Shown here: in pieces, positions 25,643 to 36,890 of the stretch
Layout of the letters: each line of letters starts with the position of its first letter
Position numbering within the stretch: the stretch's first letter is position 1
Notes under the pieces: model-generated
The model's database searches: none
What the model was told of the DNA's origin: nothing
What the model saw: the letters and a program-made list of their open reading frames with translations, nothing else
Program-made: the position numbers and the translations under genes
Assembly: GCA_038087875.1 (NCBI GenBank)
Contig: CM075996.1
Coordinates: 7,876,001 to 7,940,000, forward strand
Direction of reading: 5' to 3'
Source: Malacoraja senta
Taxonomy: Eukaryota
DNA: 64,000 nt

Positions 25643-25840
25643 GCTGCTCCCACTGCATCAACGGCCAACTGGAAATGAAAGAGAAAGACATTCATCTTGA
25701 GCCTTAACAAGGTTCGTCATGGCACAGTGGCACTAGGTCACAAGAGCATGGGTTCAAGTCAACACTTTAATCACAAGTCATGGTAATCCTATTATTACTT
25801 GACATTAGTAGCTGATACTTAAATAGACATGGCATAGATA

Positions 25841-26013
25841 CAGTGGTTCTTAACCTGGGGGTCGTTTGGGGCTTTGCCGGGGGTCATTAAGGGGACACAA
25901 ATAACATATCAATTTGTTGAGCCCATGTTTAGGAACCTAACAAAGGTACACAGCACATACAGTATTTTGTTTGCGTACGCGCGTACTGGTGCCAAAAAGG
26001 TTAAGAACCAATG
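25841..26013. mobile_element. hAT/Charlie-like MITE
   Basis: TIRs CAGTGGTTCTTAACCT and AGGTTAAGAACCAATG, imperfect TSD GCATAGATA/GCATAGAA. Confidence 0.7.
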
Positions 26014-26374
26014 GCATAGAAGTAGTTCCAAAGTGGTAAAATGGTATTAGCGTAGATAGGAAAAATGGTTGGCATGGATGGACCCATGGGCAGCGCAGTG
26101 GCACTGCAGTAGAGTTGCTGCCTTTCAATGCCAGAGACCCGTGTACAATGCTGATTATGGATGCTGTCAGTACGGACTTTGTACGTTCTGTCTGTGACCA
26201 CACAGGTTTTCTCCAGCTGCTCCGGTATCCTCCCACATACCAAAGACGTGCAGGTTTGTAGGTTAATTGGCTTCGGTAAAAATTGTAAATTGTCCCTAGT
26301 GTGTGTAGGATGGTGTTTAGGTTGTTGGCCGGCGCGGACCTGGTGGGCCAAAGGTCCTGTTTCCACACTGTGTC

Positions 26375-26885
26375 TCTCCCAGATAGGACAATGAAATTCT
26401 TGCTTGCTGCAGCACAACAGAATATTGTAAGCAAAAATACAGAACAGTTCAGTTCAATATACACATAAATAAGGAGATAAAGTGCTATAGGCTGTTACAG
26501 TTCAGTCTGTTAGTTGGCGAGTTTAATACCCTGATGGCTGTGGGGAAGTAGCTGTTCCTGAACCTGGAAGTAACAGATCTCAGGCTCCTGTACCTTCTGC
26601 CCGATGGTAGCGGAGAGATGAGTGCGTGGCCAGGATGGTATGGATCCTTAATGACGTTGGCTGCCTTTTTGAGGCAGCGACTGCGATAGATCCCCTCCAT
26701 GGTGAGGAGGTCAGAGCCGATGATGGACTATGCAGTGTTTACAACGTTCTGCATCCTTTTCCGCTTCTGGACGCTCAGGTTGCTGAACCAAGCCACGATG
26801 CAACCGGTCAGCATGCTCTCTACTGTGCACCTGTGGAAGTTTGAGAGAGTCCTCTTTGACAAACCGACTCTCTATAATCTTCTCG
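26375..26885 (-). mobile_element. Rex1/Babar-type LINE 3' fragment
   Basis: IYRSRCLKKAANVIKDPYHPGHALISPLPSGRRYRSLRSVTSRFRNSYFPTAIRVLN. Confidence 0.8.
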
Positions 26886-27283
26886 GAGACTATATAGTCA
26901 CCACATAGCAGTTGAACCAACAGTTCATGGTGTTTGAACAGATTCCAGCCATCAGTGTGTAGTGCAGAGAGGACCCTCCACTGCGGCCCACAGCCATGGA
27001 TCCCCTGCAGTAGTTGCACCCAGCATCCACACGTCCCTCCACAAATGGTCCTGGACAATAAGAACAGCCAGGTTGCAACCCTTGGCCACGGACCGCACCT
27101 TGCTCTGGAGCACCAGTTGCGTTTCGGTGAGACCAGAAGGCATAGTTGATTCTGTTGATGGTTTCTCAGCAGCAAATGGCTTCTGCCTATGGGAGCAGCA
27201 GTCAGGTTTAGTTTAGTTTAGTTTCGAGATGCAGCGCAGAAACAGGCCCTTCGGCCCACCAAGTCTGTGCCGACTAGCGATCC

Positions 27284-27810
27284 AATAGACAATAGACAAT
27301 AGGTGCAGGAGTAGGCCATTTGGCCCTTCAAGCCAGCACCGCCATTCAATGTGATCATGGCTGATCATCCCCAATCAGTACCCCGTTCCTGCCTTCTCCC
27401 CATATCCCCTGACTCCGCTATCTTTAAGAGCCCTATCTAGCTCTCTTTTGAAAGTATCCAGAGAACCGGCCTCCACCGCCCTCTGAGGCAGAGAATTCCA
27501 CAGACTCACAACTCTCTGTGAGAAAAAGTGTTTCCTCGTCTACGTTCTAAATGGCTTACCCCTTATTCTTAAACTGTGGCCCCTGGTTCTGGACTCCCCC
27601 AACATCGGGAACATGTTTCCTGCCTCTAGTGTGTCCAAACCCTTAATAATCTTTTATGTTTCAATAAGATCCCCTCTTATCCTTCTAAACAATAGACAAT
27701 AGGTGCAGGAGTAGGCCATTTGGCCCTTCGAGCCAGCACCGCCATTCAATGTGATCATGGCTGATCATCCCCAATCAATACCCCGTTCCTGCCTTCTCCC
27801 CATCTCCCCG
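27284..27810 (-). mobile_element. CR1 3' end with duplicated tail, inserted into a SINE
   Basis: Same CR1 3' UTR, repeated at 27690-27808. SINE halves flank it on both sides. Confidence 0.8.
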
Positions 27811-28049
27811 CTCAATAACACTATCCTACACACACTCGGGACAATTGTACAATTTTACCAAGCCTACACATCTTTGTAGTGTGGGAGGAAACTGTAGCTC
27901 CCGAAGAAAACCCACACAGGTCACTGGGAGAACATACTAACTCTGTACAGACAGCACCCATAGTCAGGATCGAACCCGGGACTCTGGTAATGTAAGGCAG
28001 CAACTCTTTCGCTGCGTCATCGTGCCCCCCCAAGTTGTGACAGGGCTAT

Positions 28050-28600
28050 TTAGGATGAACCTTGTCAAGTACCCCTGCAGCACATCGCAAACTTTTCTTG
28101 GCAACGGCACATTCTAGACGGAGACGGGCAAAGGCCTCAAGTGGCCAATAATACAAGCAGATATGAAAGATCTGACTGTGAGGTCTTTTCTCACCACCAA
28201 CCACATGGGTCTTGGAGCTTGTCTGAAAACTTTGGTCATGAGGCATTCTGCCAGTCTGTTCATGTGACCATCCCATAGGACCCACCACCTCCTCCCCTGT
28301 AGGGATCTGATGGTATTCCATGCACGCTGCGGCCTAATTGCTTTGCCTTCTTCTTCTTGTTGAGTCCACACACAAGATTAGAAGTTGTTCAACCTGAGCT
28401 GAACACACTTCTCGGCATCTGCATACAATGGTGTCTGTCTTGCGCCTCTTGTGCGTGGTGGTGGAAACAGGGCCGCGACGTGAACGCTCTTTCCTTGACC
28501 CCAATTGGTTTGTGGTCAAAGGTGATTTCCTGGATAAAGCATGAATGTGGAGCATTCTTGAACATGGAAGAAACTTTCCAAGGGACGGCCAGGCCCATCG
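28050..28600 (-). mobile_element. Decayed RTE-like LINE fragment
   Basis: The minus-strand WDGHMNRLAECLMTK segment resembles the post-RT W-GH-R motif. Many disruptions. Confidence 0.4.
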
Positions 28601-28971
28601 TTCACAGTACTGGGTGCAGATAGAATCTCACCCCACATTGACACCTGTGTTCAGATACACAGGTCTCAGGACAGCCTGATGCAACCACAAACAAAGGTAG
28701 AATGAGAACCAAAAGCAGAAGAAATTGATGATGCTGGAATCTGGTTCTGCAAGAACCCAGTGGGTCTGGCAGCGTCTGTGGAGGGAATGGACAAGGGATG
28801 CTTTGGGCTGGGACCTTCTTCAGACTGAATGAGAACCACATTGGGTACATTCTTTCCCCCTTCTTGTAGAGTGTTATTGTGTGAAGTACTGCAATCCAGA
28901 TCTATTTTTGATCTCCAGGAGTGATGGGAAAGGTCTCCAGAGATTGTCACAGTGCAGCTGTGAGGTATGAG

Positions 28972-30548
28972 CAGGCACGTGCCGTGACTAATTACTCAGG
29001 GTAGGCAGTCAGTCGGCTTTTAAAAAATCTTAAACCGCACATGCGCAGATTGTTCTCCTCTCCGTAAGCTGTCAGTCGACGTTTATATCGTCTTCAAAAG
29101 CCATCTCTTAATAAAGTACAGTATTTCCCGGCAATGAAGACGCACCTCATTTTGAGTTGCTAAATTTTGAAAAAAGGCTGGCAGGACATAGAATTTCTCA
29201 CGCTCAATAAAAATAAAAATAAAGAAAGTAACAATTCAATTTGCCCAAGGCTTCCAATTCCCCTTCATACTGAATGGGTGGGGGGTGGAGGGTGACGGCA
29301 GGTGGAGAGATGGTGGGTAAAACAGGAGCACACCGGGACAAGTTGAATCAGTTGTGATCTTATTGAATGACAATACTCGTTCAAGGGACCAATTGGGGGG
29401 GAGAGTTCCTTTCACAGCGTGTGGGGAGTCTGGCCAGGGGTAAAGTTGCGGGGAGGGCAGGAGCGTTGAGAAGGAGGGGATCGGGGATCATGCCAGTAAC
29501 CCACTCACTCACCGCTGCTGCGGCGCTCCGGGCGCGGAGCCACCGCATTGTGGCCGGGGAGGGAAGCAGCTCGCGTGGCTGCGAACGGCCGCCGGGACCT
29601 CAGCGCTTTCTGCCGGCCATCTCACCTCTGGCAGTGCTCTCCGCTGAACAGTGAAGGGACCAGCTCAAGAGCAAAGATCATAGAGCGGAGTGGGTCAGCG
29701 GGCGATGGATAACAGGACAGCGGGCGGTGGAGCTTACTCCTGTGTCAGCATGAACAAGGGACCAATTGCTGGTTGCTGGCATGTTCCCAACCCCCTCCTT
29801 CTCAACGCTCCTGGCCTCCCGCAACTTTACCCCTGGCCAGACTCCCCACATGCTGTGAAAGGAACTCTCCTCCCCCCCACCCCCCCCCCCCCCCCCAGCA
29901 GCGCTATCCTTTTACAGCCGCTTCCCATCAGCAGCCAGCAATGAGGGATAGACTTGGCTATCCCTCAGTACAGCAACGTCGTTCTTGATGTTGCTGTCCT
30001 GAGGGATAGCCAAGTCTATCTTCCTTGGCTAACAACATAACCTTCGGCCTCCAAGACGCAGGTAAATTTTCGTGCTTTTTTGGGGGTAAAAAATAGCGTC
30101 TTTATTGCCGGGAAATACGGTATTTAAAAACATATAGCTCAAGGAAATCTGCTTACCACATTATTTGTACACGAACTCCATTCTTCTCTCTTTGTTTCTT
30201 AAGATACTCTTAAGATAATGGCAATCCATGTTTGTAAAACCCGCCAAGAAACTTGCGCTGCGCATGCGCAGTAGGCTGCTGCGCATGCACAGTGCGCAGT
30301 CCATGGTGCAAAGGCAGAATTTCAGCTGCCTCCAGCTCCCCCTGTCATTGAAGGCTTGAAGCAGCACAGACGGCACGTGAGCTGCACAGACCTTCGCGTA
30401 TTACATGTACTGCGCATGAAAGGCACAGAGAATTCTGCCTACCTCTCTTAGGTAGGCATAATTCTCCCGTGCCTTTACTATTTATATTTAATAATTATCA
30501 TTTTATGATTTTAGTCAGGGTAGGCAGTGCCTACCTTGCCTGTGCCTG
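28972..30548. mobile_element. hAT-type non-autonomous DNA transposon
   Basis: Termini CAGGCAC...GTGCCTG, exact 8-bp TSD GGTATGAG (28964-28971 and 30549-30556), and subterminal CAGGGTAGGCAG repeats. Confidence 0.85.
29119..30120. mobile_element. pogo/Tigger-type (Tc1/mariner) non-autonomous element nested in the hAT element
   Basis: TIRs CAGTATTTCCCGGCAATGAAGACGC and GCGTCTTTATTGCCGGGAAATACGG, with TA on both sides. Confidence 0.85.
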
Positions 30549-31214
30549 GGTATGAGCTACATGGGCCCCAGGCACTGTAACAATGGAACCCCTTACATCT
30601 GATAATCAGTTTCTTCCCATTGATTGAGCGCCAGTGTAAAAGTTGCTTTCCCCCTCACCCGATCTACATGCTTGTTAAATGTTACATTAACCCATGGCCC
30701 TGACCAACTCATCAGGAAAATGAAGACGATTCCAGCAGAGCTATTTTTAAAAATATTTTACACTAAACTGAGTGGGGAAGGTCAAGGGAGAACATCCAAT
30801 TGATCAGAGTCACTGCTGGAATGCGAGGACTTAAAACTAAAATCTACTGACTCGAAAGAGGGTCCATCAAGTTGAGGTCTATAAAACTTACGGATCTACC
30901 TGCATTTTGTCATAACTCAAATGCACATCATATATTAATAAACCTCCAGTTTGATACACTTTCATATTAATAAACCTCCAGTTTGATACACTTTCCAAAA
31001 GTTCTCGTAGCAAAATTGCATTCAAGATCAAGCTGAGGCATTGACGCATTTTGAAATTTTGAGACAGGGGCAGTAACCAGTGTAGCAACTCAGGAGGAAC
31101 CTATGATTCTCAGAGCTTATTCTCCACACAGAAGTTTTCCTCACTTCTGTTATGGGCTAACTGATGGAGGTGAATCACTCAGGAATTATCAACCACACCA
31201 GTAGTGTTCTGTTA

Positions 31215-31571
31215 AGGGCCTGTCCCACTGTACGAGGTAATTCAAGAGTTCTCCCGAGTTTTCCCCTGATTCGAACTCGGAGAATGTCCGTAGCGGGTCC
31301 GTAGGAGTTCGTGGATGTCTTGTAGCGGCTCGTACGAGTAAAAAGTAAAAATATTTTTCATCACAAGTATTCTTTTACTCGTGGACATTTTTCACAGTGT
31401 TGAAAAAACGCCACGAGTTTATCGGATTTCCCGAGTACCTACCGTTACTCGTACGAGCCGCTACAGGACATCCACGAACTCCTACGGACCCGCTACAGAC
31501 ATTCTCCGAGTTTGAATCAGGGGAAAACGCGGGAGAACTCTTGATTTACCTCGTACAGTGGGACAGGCCCT
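31215..31571. mobile_element. PIF/Harbinger-type foldback MITE
   Basis: TIR AGGGCCTGTCCCACTGTACGAGGTAA, TSD TTA. Confidence 0.85.
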
Positions 31572-32709
31572 TTATGTGATTGCCAGGACAGTAGAAGGCA
31601 AAGATGGCCCTCAGTTTTTTTTCACAATTCCCCTGTTCCTGTGAGAGAGTGTGACCACTTCATGAAACCCCTCAGAGGATTATTACCTTCTGTGTGAAAC
31701 ATGAACATGCATATTGTTCCCAGCCTTGCCAGCGTGGTGGAGGTTAGATCCATGATCACCAACGTCCCACACACTGCTTCTCTCACACTTCTAGTCCTTG
31801 TTTATGTAAGGCATCTAGACAACAAAACATCACAGGGTACAAGTTTAAGAAAGAACTGCAGATGCTGGACAATGAAATGTAGACAAAAATGCTGGAGACA
31901 TTCAGTGGATGAGGCGGCAACTATGGAGCGAAGGAAATAGGCAACGTTTTGGGTTGAGACCCTTCTTCAGGCTGATGTGAGGGTGGGGGGGGGGGCGGGA
32001 AGAAGAAAGGAAGAGATGGAGACAGTGAGCTGAGGGAGAGCTGGGATGGGGAGGGGAAGGAAGGAGAAAGCAAGGACTACCTGAAATTGGAGAAGTCAAT
32101 GTTCATACCGCTGGGGTGTAAACTACCCAAGCAAAATATGAGGTGCTGCTCCTCCAATTTACGGTGGGCCTCACTCTGACCATGGAGGTGGCCCAGGATC
32201 TACCCAATTATTTCACTGTGTGAACAATACTTGATAACATTAATTTCACACCAACAATAGCAAACTTTGCCTCTCTTTTCTGCTATGCCCAGAGATCACT
32301 AGAACTCAATCAGAGTTCATGGTGATAGCATCTCCAAAGAAAATAATGGTAAATAGAGAGAGGGAGTAGACATTTCACATGATTTAATCAGCACATGGGC
32401 ATGCAGAGAATGGAGGGATATGTGCATGTGCACCCAGAGGAGTTTAGTGTAACTTGGCATCATGTACAGCACATAATTGTAAGGCGATGTTGCTGTACTG
32501 TTCTATGTTCACGTCAGCCACCTTCCATTCCCCTTGAACTACATTTGTAGCCAAAATGCATTGGCAAAATGAACGCCATAACTTACACGTTTTCCTTCTC
32601 GTGTAGGAAGGAACTGCAGATGCTGGTTTACAAGTGCAGGCTCGGCGATCGTTTCGTTGAACGCCTCCGCTCAATCCGCCTATGATCTCCCGGTTGATAA
32701 ATACTGTAA

Positions 32710-32974
32710 AGGGCCTGTCCCACTTGCCGATTTTGCCGCCGTAATATCAGTGTCGCCAAAAGATTTTGAACATTTCAAAATAGAACGGCGCCAAAAAAAT
32801 GTTGCGACACTTGCAAAAACACCGCGCGTCATACGTCATCACGCCTCGTCATACGTCATCACGTCGCGTCACCGCCGCGTCATGCATCATCACGCCACGT
32901 ATTTTTCGGTGACCCGATACGTCAGTCAATGATGCCGGCAGTCGCTGGAAAAATCGACAAGTGGGACAGGCCCT
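32710..32974. mobile_element. PIF/Harbinger-type MITE inserted into a Penelope fragment
   Basis: TIR AGGGCCTGTCCCACTTG, TSD TAA. Confidence 0.85.
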
Positions 32975-33089
32975 TAACTCCCCCTCCCATTACCATACTG
33001 ACCATTCTGTCTTAGGCCTCATCCATGGTTAGAGTGAGGTCCAGCGCAAATTGGAGGAACAGCACCTCATAGTTCGCTTGGGCAGCTTA

Positions 33090-33474
33090 AAGGCCTGTCC
33101 CACGAGCATGCGACTGCATGCGGCAAGCGCGACCAAACCGGAAGCGGGGGCCGCGCGGAGGTCAAGTGAGTGACGTGAAGTTCGAGCGAAGCCCGCGGGA
33201 AGTTCGCGCGTGACGTACGGCGTCAAGACGCTGCTCACGCCCGTCGAGGCGGTGCGTACGGCGTCGAGGCGGCTGCGGGCCGACAGGCCGATGCCGCACC
33301 GAATTTTTGAACAGTCAGTTTTTCGGAGCCCCGCGCGATGTCGGGACCAGCTCCGCACAACTCCATACGGCTCCGGCAATCGAAGTGGGACCGGCCCCGC
33401 GAGGCCGTACGGCTCAAGCGACCACATTAGGTCGCGCTTGCCGCATGCAGTCGCATGCTCGTCGGACAGGCCCT
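33090..33474. mobile_element. PIF/Harbinger-type MITE inserted into a Penelope fragment
   Basis: TIR GGCCTGTCCCACGAGCATGCGACTGCATGCGGCAAGCGCGACC, TSD TTA splitting ggcagcTTA|caccccagtgg. Confidence 0.85.
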
Positions 33475-35257
33475 TTACACCCCAGTGGTATGAACATTGA
33501 CTTCTCTCACTTCAAGTAACCATTGCTTTCCCTCTCTCTCCATCCCTCTTCCTTCCTAGTTCTCCGACCAGTCTGACTGCCCCCTGATTATATTTTATCT
33601 CTGTATGCTTCATTGTCACTTCCTCCTAGCTAACATTTTCTACATTTTCTTTGAGCTTCATCCCCTTTGATGACTCTTTTTCACATCTTACACTTCCTTA
33701 TCTGTGTATCTGCCTCTCCCCTGACTCTCAGTCTGAAGAAGGGACTCGACCCGAAACGTTACCCATTCCTTCTATCCAGAGATGCTGCCTGTCCCGCTGA
33801 ATTACTCCAGCATTTTGTGTTCTTCTATGTGTTCCTCTTGCTTCTTTTAAGAACCCAAGATACATTTTACCTGGGCCTGATGATGCAGTCACATGTGAAG
33901 ATATAATATCACTTGAAATGTCCTCTCCATCTCTCTATTTACCATTTAAAATACTTTACTTTCTTTAGACCCGGTTCTCTGGCGTTGTGAGGCAGTAGCT
34001 CCATCAGCTGTAACACTGTGCTGCCCATTCTTTAAGTTTTAGGACATCGCCTCTTTAATGCAGGCAAATGCAAAGTTTCTAAGCTTTAAGCATAGCTTTC
34101 AGCCCCCTTGTTCAGTTCTGCTCTTTAATAGGAACAACATTTTATTTAAATGCCAAGAGTTAACATCTCTAGCAGTTCTCAAGCTGCAGGTTTTTCATGT
34201 TCATAAGTTCTAGGAGCAGAATAAAGCCATTCGGCCCATCAACACTACTCCGCCATTCTCCTGCCTTCGCCCCATAACTCCTGACACCCGTACTAATCAA
34301 AAATCAGTCAATCTCCGCCTTAAAAATATCCATTGACTTGGCCTCCACAGCCGTCTGCAGCAAAGAATTCCACAGATTCACCATTCTCTGACTGAAGAAA
34401 TTCCTCCTCATCTCCTTTCTAAAGGTACATCCTTTTATTCTGACTGGTTCTAGACTCTCCCACAAGTGGAAACATCCTCTCCACATTCACTCTATCCAAG
34501 CCAGATTTTTACTCAAAACGGCAGACACAAGAGCATGGTAAGTGAAGGTGGTCCAGATGCTGCTCTAGGGACTTCAGTTCAATCCAAACCTCTAGGCCTG
34601 TCTGTGCAGTTTGTATATTCTTCCTGCGAGTCCGTCAAAGACCCGCTGGCAGGTTAACTGGCTGCTGTAAATAAACCAGAAGTGGCAAAACAAAAAGGAT
34701 CAAAGGGAAGTTGATGGGCATACGTGAGAGAAAATTAATTACAGGGTTAGAGAAAAATGAGGAATAGGACTCATGAAAAAGCTAACCCAGGAGCTAGAAT
34801 TAGCTTAATGGGCCAAATGGCATCATCATAAGATCATAATTGATAGGAGTAGAATTAGGCCATTCGGCCTATCAAGTCTTCTCCACCATTCAATCACGGC
34901 TGATCTATCTCTCCCTCCTAACCCTATTCTCCTGCCTTCCCCCCATAACCTCTGACATAATCTATCTATCTTTGCCTTAAATATATCCAGACTGGGCCTC
35001 CACGACCTTCTGTGGCAAAGAATTCCACAGATTCACCACCCTCTGACTAAGGAAATTCCTCATCTCCTTCCTAAAAGAATGTCCTTTAATTTCTGAGGCT
35101 ATGACCTCCAATCCTAGACTCTCCCACTTTGGAAACATCCTCCCCACATCCACTCTATCCAAACCTTTCACTATTCCGTACGTTTCAATGAGTTTCCCCC
35201 TCATTCTTCTAAACTCCAGCGAATATAGGCCCAGTGCTGTCAAACGCTCATCATATG

Positions 35258-36213
35258 GGAGTGGCGGCGCCTAACGGCAGCGGCTCAACTACAGTCGTCC
35301 GTCTTTTTTTAAATTTTTTGTCTTGTTAAATGTATGTCTTGAGCTTAGTTTTTATTATTTTTTAGCTGTGTATATGTGGGGGGTGGAGGGGGGGATGTTG
35401 GGGAAACTGTTAATCTCTTCCCTGTACGGGGACCCGACCTTTTCCCTGTCGGATCTCCGATGTCGTTGGGCCTAACATTGTGGAGCTGGAGGCGGCCTCC
35501 GGCCGGGTCTAACCTGAGGGCTCCAGTCGCGGAGCCTGGGACCTGACATCGCGGAGCTGGCCGACTTTGGAGCGGGGAGAGCTGTGGTGGCGCTCGGCTG
35601 CGACCCGACTTTGGAGTTTCGGAGGCTCCGGCTGCGGGCCCGGTGGACAGGAACATCGGGAGCTCCAGGTCCCTGGTGGGAGACGGCTTTTCGGAGCTCC
35701 CGCAACGGCAACTTCTCCCGCTGGAATCGCGAGGTTTGGAGGACACGGAGCGAGGCCTAACATCGCCCGGCGCGGGTTGGCGGCCACGGGACTTACCATC
35801 GTCTGCCGGGGGGCTCTAACATCGGAGCCCCAGTTCGCCTAGACGCTGCAGTTGGACTGCGGGTTGGACTGCTTGAACCGCGGGGTTTGAAGGACACGGA
35901 GCCGGGGCCTGGCATCGCCCGGCGTGGCTAAGTGGCCACAGGACTTACCATCGTCCGCCGGGGGCTTTAACACCCGAGCCCCATTTCGCCTAGACGCTGC
36001 AGTTGGACTGCTGGACCGCGGGTGAAGAATAAAGGGAAGAGATAAGACTTTGCCTTCCATCACAGTGAGGAGGTGTTGGAGACTCACTGTGATGGATGTT
36101 TATGTAAACTGTGTTAAGTGTGGGTCTTGGGTTTTTTTGTAATGTAAAAAAACTGTAGTAATGATATTTCGTTCAAGCCTAGGTTTGAATGACAATAAAT
36201 AGCATTCTATTCT
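35258..36213 (+). mobile_element. Unclassified GC-rich non-autonomous retroelement inserted into a CR1; relatives at 51510-52030 +, 55225-55630 - and 1272-1680 -
   Basis: Flanked by ATATG repeats that rejoin the CR1. Ends with hairpin TTCAAGCCTAGGTTTGAA, then TGACAATAAA and (ATTCT)n. Shares the CCATCACAGTG...CACTGTGATGG stem with its relatives. Confidence 0.65.
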
Positions 36214-36410
36214 ATATGTTAATCTACTCATTCCTAGGATCATTCTTGTAAACCTCCTCTGGATTTTCTCCAGAGCCAGCACAACCTTCCAGAGGTATGG
36301 TGCCCAAAATTGCTCACAATATTCCAAATGCGGCCTGAAACTATTGTGTATGAGATCTGCAGATGCTGAGTTACTCCAGCATTTTGTATCTGAAAATATT
36401 GTGTATTATT

Positions 36411-36890
36411 ATACATCCTCCTGGTCTCAGAGGCGACCAAAAACATCGCCTTGTTGGAACTGACGGTGCCGTGAGACGACCGTCTGGAGGAGGCCCACGA
36501 GAGGAAGATGACCAAGTATGAAGAGCTGGACATAGACTGCCGTAAGCAGGGCTGGAAGGCAAGGTGTATGCCCATCGAGGTTGGCTGCAGAGGTTTTGCA
36601 GGCCAATCGCTCTACAAAGCCTTGAGTGCACTGCATCAACGGAGTGGCGAGGAGAAGAGCCATCAAGAACACCACAGAGGCAGCGGAGAAGGCCTCGAGA
36701 TGGCTCTGGATCAGGAGAGAAGGTCCATGGGGAGGAGCGAATGCCACCTGAAAACAAGTCGTGGTCTGATCAACCACGGCTGGGTCGCCTGGGCGAGGGT
36801 GTCTGATGTTGAAAGACCCGAAACACCCAATGACCCCGGGTTACATCACTGATGATGTGTTCGGGAGCATCAATAGATGTATTTTTATCA
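36411..36890 (+). mobile_element. RLE-type (HERO/NeSL-like) non-LTR retrotransposon 3' end
   Basis: ILLVSEATKNIALLELTVP*DDRLEEAHERKMTKYEEL...GWKARCMPIEVGCRGFAGQSL (restriction-like endonuclease, one stop codon), followed by the 3' UTR. Confidence 0.85.

Larger units (their letters stand above)
32636..33825 (+). mobile_element. Penelope-like 3' fragment split by two MITEs
   Basis: Reads RLGDRFVE / PSHYHTDHSVLGL / PSGMNIDFSHFK once the MITEs are removed. The pLTR follows. Confidence 0.75.

Noticed and set aside
30929..30995. Direct duplication of about 30 bp (ATATTAATAAACCTCCAGTTTGATACACTTT)
   Set aside because: A simple local tandem duplication with no further structure.
35345..35842. Overlapping GC-rich ORFs
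   Set aside because: Stop-poor GC-rich repeat sequence with no recognisable protein motifs.
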